In this document: positions 1 to 15,505 of the stretch, one piece after another
Numbering within the stretch: the stretch's first letter is position 1
Layout of the letters: each line of letters starts with the position of its first letter
NCBI GenBank assembly: GCA_012295275.1
Contig: CM022669.1
Span: 15,128,001 to 15,192,000, forward strand
DNA length: 64,000 nucleotides
From: Chrysomallon squamiferum
Taxonomy: Eukaryota > Animalia > Mollusca
Reading direction: 5' to 3'
Made by a program: the position numbers and the translations under genes
The notes under the pieces: generated by a model
The model's input: the letters and a program-made list of their open reading frames with translations, nothing else
The model's database searches: none
What the model was told of the DNA's origin: nothing

Positions 1-171
1 GAACTGATTAATAAAACATCTGTATTCTGAAATCATTATGAAATTTTTGCTGAAATATTTTTGCTTATTTTTGCCGTTGTTGTTGCAGTTACCGCTGCTA
101 TACGTGTTAAGGTGTGAACTACGACGTTATTATTAATATCAGTGGTGCATATTTCCAAAAATTCATCTCTG

Positions 172-206
<35 letters not shown>

Positions 207-216
207 TATATTTAAC

Positions 217-263
<47 letters not shown>

Positions 264-2561
264 TTAGAATAAAAATCAAACCAGGAAAACAACTTAAAAA
301 ACTCACCAAAAAATCTAACAAATAACAAAACACCAACAAAAAATGAAACAAATAACAAAACACCAAAAAAAAAAAAAAAAAAATGGTTTTGTGTTATCAA
401 AAAGACATTATTTTGGTTGGCTGTTTCTTTGACCGTTGCTTGTCTGTCTGTTTGTCTCTTTTTCTATATAGATAGAGCGATGATAAAAATATAGACAAAG
501 AGACAACCAGACACTCAGATACACACGCAAATAGACAGACAGACAGACATACAGATACACAAATAGACAAACAAGAAGACAAGATAGACAACAGAAAGGT
601 CGATCAATATGTCGTAGACGGACAGACAGAATGACAAACTGACAGAAACACACACTGACACGTTAGGAACAATATTTTAGTTTCCACAGTGTGTGCGACT
701 GACGTACTTCACGACACTTGCAAGGAGCTGGGCTAATCGAACGTCTAATGATGTTATCAGCAGTTCGTCCTTGGCAAATCCCTGTGCGAAAAATCCAGGA
801 ATGGTTAGCGGTAACCTCTATTTCCAGATGTAACCAAACTGGATTATATATAATTGCGAAACCGGGCGATTCCCAGATGATGCCGTAACAAGCCGAATAT
901 TTGTGGTCATTTATGTGAAGAGCTTCCATAACCAAATTTCAGTTACTACCGGGCACCGAGTTTATGCATGTGATGTCAGTGTTAGAAATCATTTTTTAAT
1001 GTTCTGCAGTTATTATTATTATTATTATTATTGTTATTATCGTAAATATGTTCATCATCATCATCATCATTATTATTATTACTACTGCTACTGTTACTGC
1101 TACTACTACTGCTACTACTACTGCTATTACTACTGCTAGTACTATTATTATTATTATTAGTGTTGTTATTGTTTTAATTATTACAAAAAAGTTTACCACA
1201 CGTCATGACATATTAATGAAAATATATGTGTGTGTGTAAATAAATATATTTATATATTATTTGCCGTCTAATATGAATACCTTTCATTCAGTAGATCAAA
1301 TTAATACCGATTTTAGTGATATTTGATAAATGTTTTCTTTACCTCATTACCTTCTTTTAAATTGTTTCTCTCGTTAATTTTATATATTTTTTTATTTTTA
1401 ATTCCAAAATTAATGTGGTTTTTTTTGTTCCAAATTTATTATTTGTTCATATACACAGATTGAACGTAGAGATAAATCATAGTTTATCTTGGCATACACA
1501 CACACATAAAATATGTTATATGTATCTGAAAAAATAAAACATAAGACAAAATAAAAAAACAATAAAAAATAAAAATAAAATAAACATTTATAAAAACGGA
1601 AATCGTAAATTATTCGTAAAAAAATACCAAAACTGTGCGCAAAAAATAACCTGGATAAACTAATGTCCATGTTACATTAACTTGGTATATATCGGGTTTT
1701 TTCGCGTGTTATCGGAATAGCGGAAAATGCCGATATTTAAATAATAGTAACAACAACGACAATAATAATAATAATTCAGTTTGTTGTTGTTGTTTCTAAG
1801 TTATTTGGTTTATATTAGAATGTGAGCTCATTACCAAGTTGAAGGTTAAATGAAAAACCAACAAAGGGTACAATATTATTACACAAAAATTATATTTGAC
1901 ACATTAACAATAAATAGAAGAATACGTTATTTGCTCCGTTATTTTTTTTTTTTTCGTTTAACATCTGAAACAAAATCTGTTTTCATTTATGTTTTTGCAA
2001 AGGTGTGTGCTGTGCTGTCACTAGAAAAATAAACTACAAACCTTTCCATCTGTTACAATAAATAACTTACTTCTCAATTTCCCTTTCTAGGATAAATCTA
2101 GCGCAGTACTAATGAGCAGACTCAGCGAATTTCGTACTAATGAAAGGACATTCGTTACTCCATAACTTTAAGTTATTAGCTAAATATATAAGATATAAAC
2201 GCTTGTTATTTTTCCCAGATTTAAATAAATCCACTTAATACGAAACAGGCCCATTTTATCATTTCATTTATTCCGAAAGAAAAGATTTCAGCCTATGAAC
2301 ACGTGATTTTTAAGACTTAATTTGAAACGTCATGTCGTTGATAAAATAGGGGGAAAAAAATAACAACAAAGAAAACAAAAACGAAAACAAAACATTAGCG
2401 TTTTGTATTTCCAGTGACATTTTTTAGCGGTAATAGGAAATTGATAAATGCTTACATATGGTGAATTCTGCAGAGGAAATAATAAAAACTCGTTATGATG
2501 GATGATGTGATGAATAAAATATTACCTTAATTATCTGCTTTAATATCGTATGCGTTTTAAT

Positions 2562-2595
<34 letters not shown>

Positions 2596-3477
2596 TGAAT
2601 AAACGTAATAACAAAACTGACTTTCAGGTCTCGTTAGTACTTGCTGATTATTAAGTTATATATTATGCAAGTCTTTTTTTTTTTTTAATCTAGTTTAACG
2701 TAGTTATTTTTCAGAGTATTATCTTCTATGTTGTTGTTTTATTTTTTTTGTTAACCTTTCTAATTCATAGGAGGTTTTTTTTATAAATTCTTTTTTTGAA
2801 ATTACGTTCGGATGCTTGAAATTTCTGAATGTACGGGGTTAATGCGTTTTAAATACACCGAGTACCAAGTAACATCCAGACGCACAAAAGCTGAACATGT
2901 TGCGAAGTATATTTGAGACGAAATCTGTTCTCAATGGACTGAGTTTATCATGATAAATTAATTACATCCGCGCCTGTTCTTGGCATGGACGACGTATTCG
3001 TTTTGTTAACAACACAGACCATTATTTTTGCCTGCTTAATAACACAATCGCGAGAGATATATGATGGTTAGAGTTTGACATGAAAAGCTTTGCTCCACAT
3101 TTTTGTTCTGATTTTTCTTTTCTTTTAAAGCAGATCGTACGAAATGAAACATTAACAGCAGATGTTATGATTTTTCTGGTTCAGTTAAAACAAATTATAT
3201 TCGTATCTTATTACCGGCAAATTGAAAACATGTTTACAACATTTTCGACATATTGAATTTGTGGATCCAAGATTTTTACAATAAACAGATTTTCCTATAA
3301 TTTGTAGAGCAGTTTCTGAAAAAAAGGTTTCTCCCCGTCATTGCTTTTTAGGCCTGCGTAATGTTTGTTTGCTAATTTTATTTTATTTTGTTATAGTTTT
3401 TTTATTATAATAAAATTAAAATATGGAGGGAAAAAAAGAGATAACATTAATAATAAGTAATAAATATTAAAAGGAGG

Positions 3478-3511
<34 letters not shown>

Positions 3512-5086
3512 CAACAACTATATATCGGCATAAAATAGACCTTTTATTATAATTACGTTTTGTTACAATTTGAGGCGCGATTTCCGAAAAGGCTTGCACC
3601 ATCATTGTGATGTGTATAAACTGAAAGCAAGTTCAAATAAAATAAATAAATAAATAAATAATTAAAAATCCCAAAAAGAAGAACAACTGCTTTGATACAA
3701 AAATAACTTTTTTTCATTTAGTAGCTGGATATCGTTTATGTTACCTTTCAAAACTGCAGTAATACAACTTTCACAAAAACAAAACAACAACAACAACAAC
3801 AAAACACTACTGTCTTTCATTTTCAAAACTCTTCAAACAAAATGTAATTTATTAAGATTTTCTTGTTTTTGTTGTTGAAAGACGAAGCAGGTGTTAATTT
3901 GTTTCCTGCTCAGTGGTAAACTTCTGTGAGAATTGATTATCCGGGACCATCAACTGTTCATCGGTTCTAGTAATCCGTGGGGACTTTTACAAATTGTCTT
4001 TGATCGAGGTGTTGAAAGGACGTGCAAATGGCGATAAATAATTATATTCTGAAGTAAGATGTTCCACGTGACGCTGTGTAAAAAGTAAGGACACATGCAT
4101 GTATGCATGTGTGCGAATGTCTGTGTGTGTGTGTGTGTGTGTGCGTGTGTATGTGTGTGTATATGAGTGTGTTTGTGTGTGTGCGCGTGTGTCTCTCTGT
4201 CTGAATGAGCTTAGGCAACTGTTTATATATATATCCATACATAATTTTGTACGTGCATACATACACACTCGCACGCGCACACACAAACATGTACTACGTA
4301 TTCATCTACATCCTTTCGTCTAGTTTAGACGTAAATTATCAAAATGCCCATGACATTAAAATAAAACACAATTCATTAAAAAAAACAATGCATTTTTCAA
4401 TAGGGTAATGAATCGGTGATTTTATTATTACACTATATATAATTGTTCTTTCTTTCTTTCTTTCTTTCTTTTTTCTTTTTCTTTTTTTTATAATTCATTA
4501 TGTTGATACAATTTTCTCTTTGAAAAATATTCAAGTAATAAACATACACTCTGTATATTTCGACAAGCATTTACGTATACACACGCCTGCAAATACACAA
4601 AGATTTATTATTACACATATCTTACATAATTTATATTACACTTAGAGAAATTAAATAAACTTCTTTCTTCCCAAAATGGTTCACACGGAAATTTTCAGAT
4701 AAATTATAAGAAAGTTATCTCCGAGTCTGGTCCAAACTAAACAAAAAGTGGAAAAAATTTCAACATTTATTTCCCCCCTTTTGTCGCAGTATTTATCAGT
4801 AACAGCAACAATAAAGAATGTTTATTTGAAACGGACGAACCATTGCCCTCGTTTTGATACATATCGGTATTTCCGTTCCGAATATTAAAGTCGCGGTTAT
4901 CGTTCCTTGTAAGCAGTTCGCACGTCATCGCATATCGTTCCAATCAGATGGCAGAGATACTTTAAACTGATTTATTTTCGGTTTGCTGAGTTGTCATAAC
5001 ACTGTCCAGTCTCGCGAACATTGCAAACATTTCCCTCGGGAAACGCCTCACTCTGGGTTTCCGCGTTTTACGCCTTATCGTCTCGA

Positions 5087-5100
5087 CCGATAGAGGGCGC
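5087..5100 (+). promoter_or_regulatory. Candidate CTCF binding site within a CpG-rich patch
   Basis: CCGATAGAGGGCGC, close to the CTCF core (differs at positions 3-4). It lies in a CpG-rich segment (~4840-5420) that also has CCAATCAG at ~4939. Confidence 0.35.
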
Positions 5101-5907
5101 TGGTGCGCGCGGACATTTTTTTTTTTTTTTCTTTTCGTCTTCTGCTTTATGGTCGAGATAAATCTCGTGAACGAAAGTGATACATGTTCGCCACAGGAGG
5201 TCACTTCGTTAAACAGCCGGTTGTCATTAAAAGGAAATATTTTGTTAAGTTTTAAAGTTTTTATTTTTTTTTGCTTTGTCTTTTCAAGCCATTAGTTCAA
5301 CCGTCCCCGAAAACAAAAACCGTAAACGCTCATTAAAACGTGCTAAACGTCACGGAGAATTGAGATACTTTAAAAACTTAACAACGTCTGTTGCGTACTC
5401 CGAACCAAGCTTAGGAGTGCATCAGTGTTTTTGCTGTCTATATTATTACTTAAGTTAAAACTTACTATTTGCCTTTAATGTTACATCACAAACATATTTT
5501 TATTTTATTTATGTATTAGAAAAATAAAGTTGTAATAAACAGGGTTATATCCCAAAACCTCGGTGTTACGAAATCCGCATTCTCTCCTTTTTATTACGTT
5601 AATTTGTTCAATTCCTCACTGTGTTGTTCTTTTATCTTTTTTTTTTTCTTTTCTTTTTTTTCCTGTTTCCGTTTAGGTCACATCGTTTATCGATTATATT
5701 TTCTCTCACTGAAAGCTGTCATGATTTGTAAAAACATTCTATGGCCAGTTTAGATGAATAAAAAACCTATATATAAACTTGGCGTCTAACTGTGTAATAA
5801 ATAATGATTAAATTTGATATAGAAACCTATTACTGAATTTTATCGTGCCATCAACTTACGTCAAGATAAATAAATAAATAATAATAACAAAAAAAGATAA
5901 ATTAATC

Positions 5908-5963
<56 letters not shown>

Positions 5964-6300
5964 TTGAAGAAAAAAATAAAAATCTAAAATAAATAAACTA
6001 CAACACATACACACAAATTGAAGAGTGTTTTAACAAACAATAATGGGACACAGCGTAAAATCTTCGTATTTGTACTTAGCTGAACAGTGTTCCTGAAACC
6101 TCCATTTAGGGCTCAAAAGAAAACAAACAAAACAAAAACAACAATAACAACAAGAAGCCTGCCTATGCAGGACCTGATATGCAGAAATTAAGAACAGTGC
6201 TGCCTCTTGAATTGACAGCACTGGCTGTCATATTAACGAGATTCATGAAATCGCTGTGAAGTTTCATAATAATGACATGAAACACATGCCTGCGAAAGAG

Positions 6301-6315
6301 TGAGAGGGAGGGAGG

Positions 6316-6388
<73 letters not shown>
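6301..6388. repeat. (AG)n microsatellite
   Basis: Direct observation. Confidence 0.95.
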
Positions 6389-6390
<2 letters not shown>

Positions 6391-9300
6391 AACTTAAAAC
6401 TTTTAAAATAATTTTTAGACAGTGACAAGCCGTCTCATTTTTCTCTTTGCACACAAACGCAACACAGAATGTCGTGTTTCCAATTACTCACGGCGAACCT
6501 TTGATGTTTGGGAGGAGTGTTCTTTTGTGAAATTGATATCAATGACTCACTTCCGTGAAAATAATATCACTTGTAATAACACATTACGTAATACTACACT
6601 CACTATTATAGATACTTTTTTTTTTTTTTTTTTTAAACTTTGAATTTTATATCTTTTTCTTTATTTCCTTCCCGCTGCATTTCCAGTTACGTTATGACGG
6701 TTGTATTAATATCCCCGATTTCGACAATCCTGCAAAAACATGACTGTGTAAATTTCTAAAATTCAGCTCAGTATGTTTGATTCAGTTTCAGAACTCAGCC
6801 ACTGAACAAAGTAATTAATAAATAAATAAAGAAAATTTAAATAATAATACAAAGAAAAAAAAAACATATTTTGAAACACGCGAATATTTATTGTCACCTA
6901 CTGTGTCATCTAAAACAACAAAAATAACGAAAACATTAATAACAGAAAAGAAAATGAAAAATGAAAAAGAAATGAAGTAGTAGAAAAGAAAATCCACTGA
7001 TTTTTATTGGCTACAAGTGAAACCTGAAGAAAAACATTGAAAAATAAGCAACTGTAGGCTATTACACACCTCCAACAACAACAAAAAAACCCATATCAAA
7101 CTCCCCAGTTAGATACACATTTATATTCTAACATAATCAATCACAAAATTACATTTATAAACCGTACAACAATACACAGCGAATTGATGCATTTTCTGGT
7201 TTCCTTGCTTTTCACTCGGAAATAAAGAAGACTTCCGTATTCCGGACTGTTCCGAAAATTATCGATCTTCTCTACCTCGTTTAATTCAGCGTCTTTCTAC
7301 CTCATTCTGAATACCGTTATATGACCCGAACATTCGTTAACGTCATCGGGAACGGACGCCAAGAGGCACTGTTAGGTTTAATGCGTTGCTAACAAAAGCA
7401 AACGAAGTCTGTGTAGACTGTTAATAACTGTTATTTATTTTGCAGCAGGGAAAGCGAGAGAATCAACGACAACGCAATTTATTAAGCTAATCTCGACACA
7501 GACATCAGTCTTAAACTCCGTAATTGATATGTGTGATCTGAATGGCGGGTCTGTACGTGATGACAAATGTTCCTTCGATTAACTGATTGACTGACAGGTT
7601 TCTCATACGCTCCTGTGATAGACTGTGCGTTTATTTTAAAGTGTACATTTATTTTAAACTGTGTGATGTTTGTGTATAGTTCTATGGTTGTTTTTCGTTT
7701 TTTAACATAATCGAAGTACAGCTGTAGTAGCGGTTTGAGGACGAGAAAGTATAGAAAGAATAATTAATTAACAGACAGACGAGGGATAGACAGATATACA
7801 GACATACAGACAGCTAGCTATGCAGTCAAATACAGAAGTATGCATTTGAAACTTACCTTTCTTCTCTAATAGCAGAATCGCATCCTTTTTAATACATGGA
7901 TGACGTCATCTAATTGTTTACGTCATAATAATTGCTATATTTAGGAGCGGATGAACGCGTGCCATCTGAATTTTAATAAGGAAGAAAAAAAAAAAGAATG
8001 GGACAGTTGAATATCATTACTTTCATAACAACTGAATATCTTCAGCTATTTCACAGTTTCGCAAAAAAAAAAAATTGAAATAAAATAAAAATAATAACAA
8101 CATTATCATTCAAGCCTATCTAGCATTCCTTCTCCACGAAAGCCGCATTCTCGTACTTAAAGAGAAACGAATGGTTTATCTTACTGTTAGATTACTTAAT
8201 AACGATTTCTCCTAACAGTAATATTCGCTGACGGTAATTTGTAATAACCTGATAGAGAAACATTCGGAGGCGAGCGAGCTGTTTAGTGAAATTTGGCCAG
8301 AATCTTGTCAGTTCTTATCTCACTCGAGAAAAGGTCCTATCTGGATGGAAGCTAACATTTCCTTTTGAAAAAAAAGCCAATCAAATTAGTGCATTTCATC
8401 TTGGCTATTCTGCGGTAATTCGCAATTATTTCTGGCATTTGTCATGACAAACAGGGCCACTCGTGTCGCAGTTCCAGCTGATTGTTGTCAAATTATTGTC
8501 ATTAGCTTCTGCAATCTGAAATGAGGCTTGCGGAGGACATGTTGATTACGTCTTTGTCGAGTTTCGCTTTCAGAACGAGACTCGAGACAGTCTCGGCTCG
8601 TGTCCTTTTGCAAGTCCATATGTAGATTATTATTATTATTATTATTATTAAATATATTTTATGTTCTTCTGTATCTCTAGTTATAATAATAAATTAAAAG
8701 AACCTAAGAAAAGATAAAAAAAAAAAAAAAAAAAAAAAAGAAGGAAGAGGAATCAAATTACGAAAGGAAATGAAAAAGAAGGAAAGAAATAATAGTAATA
8801 ATGATAAATACATAAAAAGCCAAATTTACTTTGAAGCCTGATTAGAGGTTTATTTAAACTATAATCTTTATTATTATTATTTTTTCTTAGTTTTAATTTT
8901 ACTTTTTTTTTTTTAGATCTTATTTTACGTTTGAGGATTTATATGTTATTAAAATAATAATAATAATAATGAAAATAAGTTTTATAAAAAATATATAAAA
9001 ATATAAATAAAATAAAACAGAATAGAATAGAATAAAATAAAATAATAAAATTTAAAAAAAAAATAAAAAAAAAAAAAATAAAAATAAAAGAAGAAAAAAG
9101 CAATATATATATATATATATATAAAACAAATAAAAAAATTACCAACCAAAATGAACAGTGTAATGATGATACCATGCTATTAACTATTTTTTTTTCAGTG
9201 ACAGATTTAAAAGTCAGTTTGATCGGATGTCTGTTGATGAACATAAACCATTTCGACTATCGACAAAGCCGGAACATTTTTACCGTTGTATACTGAAATG

Positions 9301-10447
9301 ACTTCCCTACGTTCAAAGTCACAGCACGCAATCCGATTTCATTAAAACCGTTTTTTCTAGCTTTTTTCTTTGTTGGAGATTTTGATGCAGTTTAGATTAA
9401 TTCAGTGAAGCATGAGAATCATTATTAGAAAGTAGCAATACGTGTTTTTTTGTTTTGTTTTTTGTTGTTATTATTATTATTATAATTAATTTTTTTTTTA
9501 AATTTTTTGTTTAAAGCAACACAACAATTATTTGTAAAATGATATTTCTTTTTAAATTGTTGAGTAATTTAATTATATTTTTATATGCATAAGTGAACTG
9601 TATATATATATATATTTGTTTCTACCACTCTATACGCATCGTACACACACACACACTCACACACACACACACATACACTCACACACCCATACACACACAC
9701 ACACCATAATTACTTATATATAATCGTCATTGTATTCTAATACATCATAATTATGATTAAAAAGAAAGGATTGTTATGGCAATAAATAAAAAATAAAAAA
9801 GTCTCGCAGATTCTCATAGATTCTCACAGTGATCGATAGCTGATTCATTATTAAAACAAATGTTCGTCTTCTGGTTAATTCTACGATGTACCTTAGAACG
9901 GAGTAGATGTAAACACGTTGATTATTTCCCTAACGGTACTTCACACACAACCTACACTTGTAGTAAACAAGAAGAGGTAGGCTCATAACGACAGTTTAGC
10001 ATGAAACTTCACGTAGTATTGATGTCTGCTTTAATTACAGTCTAGTTCAGTTTGGAACGATACACAGATGAATCGTCAAAGGTACAACTTGCTTGTAAAA
10101 GTACAAAAAAAAAAAAAAAGAAAAGACAATTCAATTATAATCGAGCAGATTCGAATGGAAAATAATTTACTTACTGCTCAGCAAATTCACATGAAATTCG
10201 AATTGTTATTCCGTGAATATAGTTGTAAAAATAGAGACGTTTTTCGAATTCTAATCCATAACGACGTTATATGGAAATAATGCTTGAAATATGAATTCTT
10301 AATTATTATAATTTATTTTATTCGTAACGACCTTGTCCCCCCCCCAACAAAAAAAAAAAGAAGAAAAAAAGGAAACACAAAAATGTTCAGTATATTTTGT
10401 ATTCTTCTTACGAGCGCTTATTTGCAGGGTTTAAGGAGTGGTAATTG

Positions 10448-10491
10448 TGACGTCACGCAGTTTATAAATATACAGATACGAAGTGACGTCA
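10448..10491. promoter_or_regulatory. Two full CRE palindromes flanking a TATA-like box
   Basis: TGACGTCA at 10448-10455 and 10484-10491, with TATAAATA at 10463-10470. Confidence 0.3.
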
Positions 10492-11429
10492 TGACATATC
10501 AGAAGAAAGCAGACACCATACATTCTCGCGGGTATATTTATATTGCATGCCTTTATTATTATCAAAAATTAAGGATAGAAACAAATGAACGGAAATATGA
10601 TTAAGTTCATTGTTTAACTCGACAAATTTAGATTGTTATGACCCAAATCCTATATCACTATAAGAATTAAACTGAACAAGAATCAATGAATGCAGTAGCG
10701 AAGAGGTTGCAACATAATTTAAAGTTTTTCCTTTAATTTTAACGGGTAGGTTATTCACATTCGGTTGTTTCGTACAGAAATCAGTGATAAAATGAAGCAA
10801 ACTCGACTGCTGATTCATCACAGAATGTAATCATTTTAATTTGAAATTAACCGCAATCAATACTATGCCATATATATTTTCCTGAAAACATTCCCATTAA
10901 CGAAGCCTTTGCTTGAGGCTCTTTCGGAAATGAAAATCGCATTCAAAATACACTTACGTATCAGAGGCAAAAAAAAAAAAAAAAAAAAAAAGACAAAAAG
11001 AACTAAAACAGTAACGATTCCGATATAATTGTATTGTGGTAATAACGTCGGAGTGAACAGAGATATGCGCTGCACGGTTATTTAACAAAATGACATCATT
11101 ATTCAAATAAATATACTCTCTGAACCTAAGTACAGGCTTTGTACTAACTCATTAAAATAACTGCTCTGAAACCATGCATCATCACTGGATTCTAAATAAT
11201 GTACGGAATTAATCTTTGTATTTAAAATAGAATTTCTTTGTCCAGAGACTATGGAATTCCACTCTATGGATGCAATTCAAGTACATGAAGGAAAATTAAA
11301 ATTGTAAAATTTAAATCAACCCTTTTGGAACTTGGAAACAGAATTCTATGGAGTGTGTACAAAACAGGATTCCAGTATTTTACAAAAAAAAAAGAAGTTT
11401 TAAATGCAATGAAAGTTACGAGAAGGATA

Positions 11430-12115
11430 CAGTCAGTCCTCACTTAACGATCAATCTGTTCAACGACCCCGTAGACTTACGACTAGCTTTCCGACCAGTC
11501 GGTATTGTACGCTCTTCAAAAAGTATCGGCGACTCCGTATCGGGCATCTCATTATTCATTCTCAGTTTTGTTCTCACAGTTGGTCAGTATCCACTACACC
11601 AGAGCTCGAAATCTCCAGTCTGATATGCACTCCAGGTAAAAGATGTTATAATTTTCGCTGATTGTATTTTTGTGTTCTGTAATAGGTCGTTATCTTGGAG
11701 TTTCCTTTAGACCTTTCACTTATTCAGAATACATAAATATTACTACCAGACCTACGTAATGCATATTAGAGATGATTTTCTTTTTTCTGTTCATTGTAGT
11801 ATACACTAGACTATTTCATAATTTTTTTTTTAAATATGTTACAAATATTAAAACGGTGCATAGGGGACATCAAAACAAAGAAAAGATGGTTGACACAAAC
11901 CCACTATCTGTGTTCAGCTTCTGTGCATCTAGATATGACTTGGTATTAATGTGTTTAAAACACATTAGCCCATACATTCAGAAATTTCAAGCATCTAAAT
12001 GTGATTTAAAAAAAGAAACAGAAATACAGGTAAGGAGCTGCTTCTTTTTTATCGACCAGTTCGCTTAACGACTAGTCGTAGGAACAAAACTCTGTCGTTA
12101 ATTGAGGATTACCTG
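11430..12115. mobile_element. Non-autonomous Tc1/mariner-superfamily (pogo/Tigger-like) DNA transposon, MITE
   Basis: Left end TA|CAGTCAGTCCTCACTTAACGA; right end reverse-complemented TA|CAGGTAATCCTCAATTAACGA. That is 17/21 identity as terminal inverted repeats starting with CAG, with TA on both flanks. Subterminal TTAACGAC/TTACGAC motifs are present and there is no transposase ORF. About 686 bp. Confidence 0.7.
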
Positions 12116-13235
12116 TATTCTTAAATGGACATAACAATAAAAATAAGTTTGTTTTTTTAGTATATTCTTTGATTCGAACCCTTAATTATGCGTAGACCTC
12201 GTTTTCAGATTACTTCCTCTGCTCATTAATTTACTAATGAAGATTTACATCTTAATGACATTTTCATTTTAATAATAATTATCTCTAACGTCCATATTTC
12301 GAATTCTTCTAGACTCCACCCTTTACACAGCAAAGCGCGATTATAATTCATCTCTCCACATGTCTGGAACTGTCACCATTCCTGTCTGTTGCGATATTTC
12401 TACGATCCCGGAAAGTCCCTGATAAAATTATTTCATGACAAAGTTTATTACACCGTCTGCAGATGAAGACTTATTACGATTCTTCTCGCCTTCGTTAAAC
12501 AGATACTGAGGCTGTTACACGTTAAGAACACTTGATCTGGCTTAAATGAAAGAAATAAAAAAGTGTTGAAAGCACATCAAAGAATATCTTATTTTTCATT
12601 ATGTGTTAATACACATATCAGAAAGGACTAGAAAGAAAAAAACATCATAAAGGAAAATGCATATTCAGAAATAATTACATTCTGTAAGAATGTCAGTAAC
12701 TATATTTTTTTCGTTTTTGTTTGATTATAAAATCCATTATACATTTTACGAACTGAATTGCACCTTGCTCTTATGGAGAGGTAAGGGAGAAGTTAGTTAA
12801 AAATATACATAAATATTCATGCTAGTAAATTTAATGGTATAATTTATCAAGATTATCAGTCTGTTAAACTGGCTTTAATTCAGTTTCTGGAGTTGTTTGG
12901 CGCTTATTTGTTTTTTGTGCTATTTACTTAGTTTATTTGTTTATTGAAGTGCCACTTGACAATAAAACGTGATATAATACATTATTTTACATTATTTACA
13001 TGAAATGGCATTTTCATTTAGCCTAATTAGGCTTATGAGACAAACAAGACATATTAGAATAATTACTTAAACAGAAAAAATGTTTTAAATAATTACCCTC
13101 GTATAAAATATTGATTGTGGAACAAAAATGAAAACTAATTTCGTAAAAAAATAATATATTTTTAATGTTTTAACCATTCATTTGGTCATTAATTCATTTT
13201 AGCACCGAGTTTGTTGGTGTACAATATAAATGAAT

Positions 13236-13371
<136 letters not shown>

Positions 13372-13457
13372 TACATACAATCACATAAATAAACCCGCTC
13401 ACTTAGACACACACATACATCTGTATTATTTTATTACAGACATGATTCATCTCAGAA

Positions 13458-13492
<35 letters not shown>

Positions 13493-13697
13493 TACTCTAC
13501 TAATTAAATAGCAAGAAACTATTTACAAGTCGGAACCATAGTAGTTATTATGCCGTGAATGACTTGTTCTGTATTGCCAGTATTAAAACGGCTATTATTA
13601 TGTTTAAACTGCACATGCGGTTACAGCTCGCCAATTGCTAATACTGCTATACGGCAGACTCGAAGGAAAAACCAATTTGTCTAAAACTTGGAACGGC

Positions 13698-13803
13698 ATG
13701 GACTTCGCTATGCTGTTAATTATTCAAGTACTGCTCGTGTTTATGGTCGCTGCTTGTTCTGAAAGCTACATATTTCCAAACATCGGGATCATATTAAAAC
13801 CAT
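13698..13803 (+). CDS. Tentative first coding exon (signal peptide) of the Dpr/ZIG-8-like Ig gene
   Basis: ATG in a good Kozak context (GGC ATG G). It encodes MDFAMLLIIQVLLVFMVAACSESYIFPNIGIILKP: a hydrophobic core followed by small residues, typical of a signal peptide. It ends at CAT|GTATGA in phase 1, which matches the phase-1 acceptor at 36700. No homology or transcript support, so it could be a chance ORF. Confidence 0.35.
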
Positions 13804-13825
13804 GTATGATTAAATTTGTGTGTAG

Positions 13826-13976
<151 letters not shown>

Positions 13977-14224
13977 GTTCCATCTTCTTTCGCTTTGTTC
14001 GTAATCACCAGATTGAAACAGCACGAAGCCAGTTTGAACACAGGTTCCAGTCGAAAACACATCTTTCGGTAATCGATTGCGACCTTCCTCTTTTATCGTG
14101 GTCAGCATCTGATGCAGATGTAGCTAAATGTAGAAACATGATTAATTCGTGAGATGAAAGAAAGATAACGATAATAACAATAATAAAATGAAGGAACAAA
14201 TCTGTTTACTAGACTAGACTGCTT

Positions 14225-14236
14225 TGCGCATGCGCG
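14225..14236. promoter_or_regulatory. NRF1/Erect-wing-type motif
   Basis: TGCGCATGCGCG matches YGCGCAYGCGCR; it is ~420 bp downstream of the tentative first coding exon. Confidence 0.3.
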
Positions 14237-15505
14237 TTAGAATTCTCGTATATTTTAAGATGTTAGACAGAATGTAATCAATAAAATACACATATAAATT
14301 AAAACCATTTTTGGCCGACCTATATCATAATCCTCATCATAATCATCATAATCATCAATATCATTAAATTCTAAATAATAAAGTTGATTTCATATTCAGA
14401 GTTTTAATCATCACAACGTTAACAACAAATGAAATTCTGGAACCGTTCGCCTTTTCAGAGACTTTCCTTACTCTCTTATTTCACAATTTGTCCAGGAAAG
14501 CGTACTTAATTCAATTAACGATAGCATTTACTTCAGCTTACAAATCTATAAAATAAAACAGAGCAGTAATCACAAGCAAGAAATTATATACTTTTTCCTG
14601 TTCCTCCTACTACTCTTTCATCTTGGTATACCTAAGGCTTTTGTTATGTGTTTTTCTACGCAAATGCGCGTTCTGTTTCATTTATTTAACATTATATGAA
14701 TGTATATATAAATGGAATACTCTGCAAGAATGATCGCTGCCATAGGAAATATTGGGTTTCATCTAGTAGACCAACAACAGCCCAATTAAATTTTACAATT
14801 TGTCATCTAAACAGCTATAAGAATGACATGTCTTTAAATAATGTAGAGAAAAAACAAGAACAAAAAAATCTGAATTCTTCGGAAAAATATAATAAATTAT
14901 AACAAGTTCACGAGAGCATGGTTAATACGTTAAATGAAAAAAAAAAAAAAAAAAAAATCAAACAGAAATCCACTGATTGTTACTTCTTTTTCTTTTTTCT
15001 AAAGCTCTAATTGCAGTGATTCGCAAGATGATGCTTGATAAACTGCAAAAACGTTATTATCGGTAAAAGTATTAATTTTCACGCTCGATCAGAGTAAAAC
15101 AGCCAAAAACGTCACACGCGTAATTGAATGCGTAGTTTACTTTGACTCTTAATGATGTTTCATTCTTGACAGATTCTTTGTTTAAGTGCGTTGAAGAAAA
15201 GGTCAATGACAAATCTGATACATCACTTGTCTGCACCGCGAGTCCTAAGTCGAACATACTTCGCTAATTAATGTATTTCTTTTGTCATCTGTGTATGTGT
15301 GTGCGTGTGTGCGTATGTGTGTGTATATATAAAGATAATCAACGAACGACCAGCTGTAGCTATATTTATACGTACGTTCGTATGTATTTATGTAGGTATA
15401 TCTAAAATCGAACTTGGCCATATTACTTTTAATTCTTCGAGTTCAAAAATATATTCAGCGTGTATTCATACACTATAGCATGATGGAATATCATAATTAC
15501 TGTAC

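Noticed and set aside
663-935. 90-aa minus-strand ORF in a moderately GC-rich patch
   Set aside because: No recognisable domain and no convincing splice pair. It may be regulatory or UTR sequence, but that cannot be supported.
7479-8202. Possible short TIR pair TTATTAAG(C)TAATCT ... AGATTACTTAATAA
   Set aside because: Only ~14 AT-rich bases with an indel and no clear target-site duplication. The 7860-8200 part may be an old repeat remnant, but its boundaries cannot be supported.
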